NCBI GenBank assembly: GCA_029258835.1
Contig: JAPDJY010000016.1
Location: forward strand, 1-18,944
Length of the DNA stretch: 18,944 nucleotides
Direction: 5' to 3'
Source: Thermoproteota archaeon
GTDB lineage: Archaea; Asgardarchaeota; Jordiarchaeia; Jordiarchaeales; Freyrarchaeaceae
Shown here: positions 16,120-18,944 of the stretch, piece after piece
Layout: each line of letters begins with the position of its first letter
Position numbering within the stretch: position 1 is the first letter of the stretch
Notes under the pieces: model-generated
What the model saw: the letters and a program-made list of their open reading frames with translations, nothing else
Databases searched by the model: none
What the model was told of the DNA's origin: nothing
Position numbers and translations under genes: made by a program

Positions 16120-16573
16120 TTATTTTTCGTTTGCTATCCGTAGTCGATTATTTACGAACTCAGCGAGCTTCTCTGGCTCATCGGCTCCAATCAAGTAACG
16201 CCTCCCACTTCCCATCTTTTCCACCGCGTATGAGCCTGAAACCCTGTACAATAACCCATCAGGCACCACTCTAATCCCCCACCCATAATACCAGGGAAGT
16301 TTAACCACTCACAGGATAAATATCTCTAAGTGAGAAATCTCTTGCGAACCACAAAACCGATTCGAACCTCAAAACACTCTTCGTCGCACACCACGGTCAT
16401 GGTTGAAAATAAAACGAGACAAACTCCAGAACAGCAGATACCATCATAAAAGCGGTAAAATCGTAGGGAGCAACCAAAACGATGAAAACAGTAGACGCTA
16501 CCGCCAGCCCCACCACCGCAATCACAAGCCAACCAACCTGTATGCGAATACCCCCTCCAACCCCTTGCCTCAT
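16120..16573 (-). pseudogene. Small membrane protein (two TM helices plus a WYYGWGIR-type, PH-like domain), frameshifted
   Basis: Pieces in different frames: YSH(T)QVGWLVIAVVGLAV..., FSTMTVVCDEECFEVRIG, VVKLPWYYGWGIRVVPDGLLYRVSGSYAVE..GRRYLIGADEPEKLA. At least three frameshifts; start approximate. Confidence 0.75.
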
Positions 16574-16917
16574 CCCACACCGCCCCTAGCCCTCTCACAG
16601 CCCCGATCAGCAATTTTTGAAGTAGTGTTATTCAGGTTTACGCCCATCGTTCACGTGCATGCTTGGAACCCGGGGTAAGAAGCCCTCCCGCCCAACCCCC
16701 TTTAACTCTCCCCTCTCCAACCTTCAACACGGTCTCAAAGTAAAACCCTTCATCCAATACCCTGACGAGAGAAAAAATGAAACCCATAAAAAAGCGTCTT
16801 ATCCACCCACTCCCTCCACCACCCCTATAACAGCTTAACCCGAAACAACCCCTCCCAGCAACCTCAAAGCCACCCGTTTAAACAAAACCCCCTGTAAAGA
16901 CGTGAGAAAGGCAGCTG

Positions 16918-17116
16918 TTAAGCGACTCTTCCTACCAATCGATCCTTCCTCCGCGAAGCCGCAAATGCAGCAATCACCGCCGCCGTGACAGACGCCGTAA
17001 CCGACACGGTAAAATGCATGGATTCCAAGCCGAACACTTCAGACACAAATGCACCCAACCCCCGTCACAAGGGCAACCGTCAACGCCAGAACAACTACCT
17101 GCAAAACCCAAAACAT
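16918..17116 (-). pseudogene. Small two-TM membrane protein interrupted by a +1 frameshift
   Basis: GGAGGT RBS, ATG at 17116. Removing one G of the G5 run (17059-17063) gives the 65-aa MFWVLQVVVLALTVALVTGLGAFVSEVFGLESMHFTVSVTASVTAAVIAAFAASRRKDRLVGRVA*. Confidence 0.55.
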
Positions 17117-17508
17117 CTTAACCTCCACCCCAACCATCCACCACACCACCCTCAAACCAAAACAACCACCACAAATCCAATTCAATATTCCAAATCAATA
17201 TTTGTATTTTCCCCGACTCCCAATTAATTAGTGATAAAAGCAAACCCGCATTTCTCCATAATTTTAGTAACCCACCCTAAGCATCCCATAAAAGCAGGTA
17301 ATGGTTTGATAGCAGAATGACTAAACGCTTCATAAAGCCCCAAGCACCACCAATCCAGCCAATGAAACCCCCTCACCACCCCCTCAACCACCACCTCCCC
17401 TCCCCCCTCAGCCTCACCGAAAGCTGTGCAGCCAGGCAACCCAGAAACCGCAGCAATATAACCCTTCTAACCTCCATCTCTCCACCGTGGAACCTGTTCG
17501 CATCCGCT

Positions 17509-17754
17509 TCAACCCTGCACTTTAACTTTGAATCTACTTGCATTGAGAATGGTCATTCCAACAAGCTTGCTTCCCCTATATCTCAGCAGGATCCCCTCAT
17601 CTGCAATTTCAGTATCCGTAGCTTTCTGAGGCCTTTCAAAGCTTATGTAGAGAACGTCGGCTTCCTCATCATAATCAACGTGAAACCTCTTTACGGGAAA
17701 ATCCAAAAGCACGGGAACCACGCCAACCACCATCCTTCTCAACTCCTCCGCCAT
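17509..17754 (-). CDS. DUF2283 domain protein (putative antitoxin)
   Basis: VDYDEEADVLYISF...EGILLRY...LVGMTILNAS matches the DUF2283 YD.EAD.LYI signature. Confidence 0.88.
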   Translation of the reverse strand: MAEELRRMVVGVVPVLLDFPVKRFHVDYDEEADVLYISFERPQKATDTEIADEGILLRYRGSKLVGMTILNASRFKVKVQG

Positions 17755-17813
17755 ACTACCCCTCTCCTCAACACCTCACCCACTTTCCCCGTTATGAAAG
17801 GCGTAATGAGGAA
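17739..17813 (-). pseudogene. C-terminal remnant of the cognate (RelE-like/DUF4258-type) toxin gene
   Basis: FLITPFITGKVGEVLRRGVVWRRS* overlaps the DUF2283 ATG (GTATGG), like the ITAF...W tails of toxins paired with DUF2283. The upstream sequence has an in-frame stop and no toxin-like N-terminus. Confidence 0.6.
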
Positions 17814-18555
17814 TGTAAACATCAAAACCCCTTTTAAGGAGCTCTGATGTAACGATAACCCCCCGTCCTCTCCCAAAGGATGCTAGAGTTCTACAAGTTG
17901 CTCTATTCCTCATACTCACAGCCTTAACTACTAGTTTAATTTATAAATTTTTTGGATAACATGCTTTGTTGCATAATCGTTTCTTTTCTCTTCGCTGCGC
18001 TTTTCCCTCCGCCCCCGGTTTCAGGGTGTTCAGCTGAGCCGGCTGTACACCGCAGCCTTCAGGCCTGCCTCCAGCCGGGCTACTCCAGAGCCCGCGCCAT
18101 CACGCTATCCCCGATGTCCTTAAAGGACCCATGGCGTCAGCCGACGCCATCCGCCTTCGGCTCCACCTCACGTCCCGGGAGCCTCTCTCAGCGGGCCTCC
18201 TCCGGTAGACCGGTTGAGGGTCGGGGTCGGCCTGAACCCGGGATGCGGCGAGCCTTCCGGCGAGGCTGGTGAGCCGCCTGTAGGCGGGCGAGGCGCCTGG
18301 GCGTCGCCAGGGTTCGGGTGAGGCTGCCACGTAGGCGAAGGGGTGTCCTCCACCCTCGTTCATGTGCTTGGCCTCCTTCCCGTCTCCCTCGCTGACGAGC
18401 ACGGTGAGCTTTCTGGCCAGCTTATCGTCCGATACGTGTTCATCCTCTTGGATCGTGGATCGGGGGACAGGTCTATGGTTCTTCAGCCGAGCAAACCTTA
18501 CCCCTTTGAGGGCAAGGGGGGCACAACTAACCGTGCAACGAGGCATTTGAAACGG

Positions 18556-18570
18556 AAAAGTTTATAATAT
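18556..18570 (+). promoter_or_regulatory. BRE/TATA promoter candidate for the radical SAM gene
   Basis: AAAAGTTTATAATAT about 60 nt upstream of GTG 18628. Confidence 0.5.
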
Positions 18571-18627
18571 ATTCGAAATTTAGAATAGTTGCCGTATAAT
18601 GTCGCTCTGTTGGTGAAGTGGTGGAGG

Positions 18628-18944
18628 GTGATAGATACGAGGTATGGCTATAAAGTAGTCCTGACTGCTGAGAGGTGTTTAATGAGCAACTACAATAATG
18701 CATTATTCTCAGGTTTTACTGCGTGTGGACCTAAAAATCTTTTTAAACCGTTTCTCTACTTTAGATTGGTTTGCCCACCCGTGCCAACCCATAATGGTGG
18801 TGTAGCTAGGAACGCTCCTTACGGTTTACGTAAAATAGAAGCTGCACTCCTAGACTACGGATTCGATGAAAATGAAGTTGTGGTTGTAGCTCCAGATAAA
18901 ATAAGAAAATTTGTTGGTTCTAACACGAAAATTATTGGGGTATC
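18628..18944 (+). CDS. B12-binding-domain radical SAM protein, N-terminal part (runs off the window; absent from ORF track)
   Basis: GTG after GGAGG; open frame MIDTRYGYKVVLTAERCLMSNY...APYGLRKIEAALLDYGF...TKIIGV. VVLTA..LMS.Y and APYGLRKIEAAL are hallmarks of this archaeal family. Confidence 0.85.
   Translation, partial: MIDTRYGYKVVLTAERCLMSNYNNALFSGFTACGPKNLFKPFLYFRLVCPPVPTHNGGVARNAPYGLRKIEAALLDYGFDENEVVVVAPDKIRKFVGSNTKIIGV

Noticed and set aside
17367-17407. G-quadruplex-like motif on the minus strand
   Set aside because: One loop is 13 nt, and such runs are expected in this extremely skewed patch.
18020-18420. RNase P or SRP RNA
   Set aside because: Only partial look-alikes (AGAAAGCUC, ACAGCCGGCUCA, GCC-GGAA-GGC). 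The conserved GAGGAAA, ACAGAAA, UGAAAC and SRP helix-8 CAGG..AGCAG motifs are missing.
1-18944. CRISPR array, tRNA, rRNA or intact transposase/integrase
   Set aside because: No regularly spaced repeat-spacer series, cloverleaf, rRNA tract or recombinase ORF was seen.

Overview
Archaeal genomic DNA: GGAGGT/GAGGTG Shine-Dalgarno motifs, BRE/TATA-like promoters and archaeal gene families. It probably comes from a thermophilic anaerobe; the C-terminally anchored glycoproteins suggest an Asgard/TACK-like lineage (inference only). Intact genes encode a C-GCAxxG-C-C redox protein, a thiolase, an HdrD/GlpC-like Fe-S/CCG oxidoreductase, a coiled-coil PD-(D/E)XK (DUF3782-like) protein, a 457-aa multi-pass membrane protein, a membrane-anchored surface glycoprotein, a membrane-anchored penicillin-acylase-family Ntn hydrolase and a DUF2283 antitoxin. 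The window ends in the 5' part of a B12-binding radical SAM gene. Between these genes lie at least eight pseudogenes or gene remnants, several not visible in the ORF track. The most unusual structure is an inverted paralog pair of the membrane-protein gene (7441-8814 intact, 14184-15759 pseudogenised). The pair flanks the surface-enzyme genes and shows patchy 100%-identical tracts suggestive of gene conversion. The dead copy carries a ~190-nt structured insertion immediately after its start codon that looks like a non-autonomous element derived from the 3' end (omega-RNA region) of a tnpB gene. Its predicted guide would be complementary to the RBS/start codon and matches the intact paralog at 16/18 nt. 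Two candidate small RNAs (a three-way-junction RNA at 6281-6380 and a possible C/D-box guide at 7355-7414) and abrupt strand-composition patches are also noted. All family assignments come from motif recognition by eye; no searches were run.
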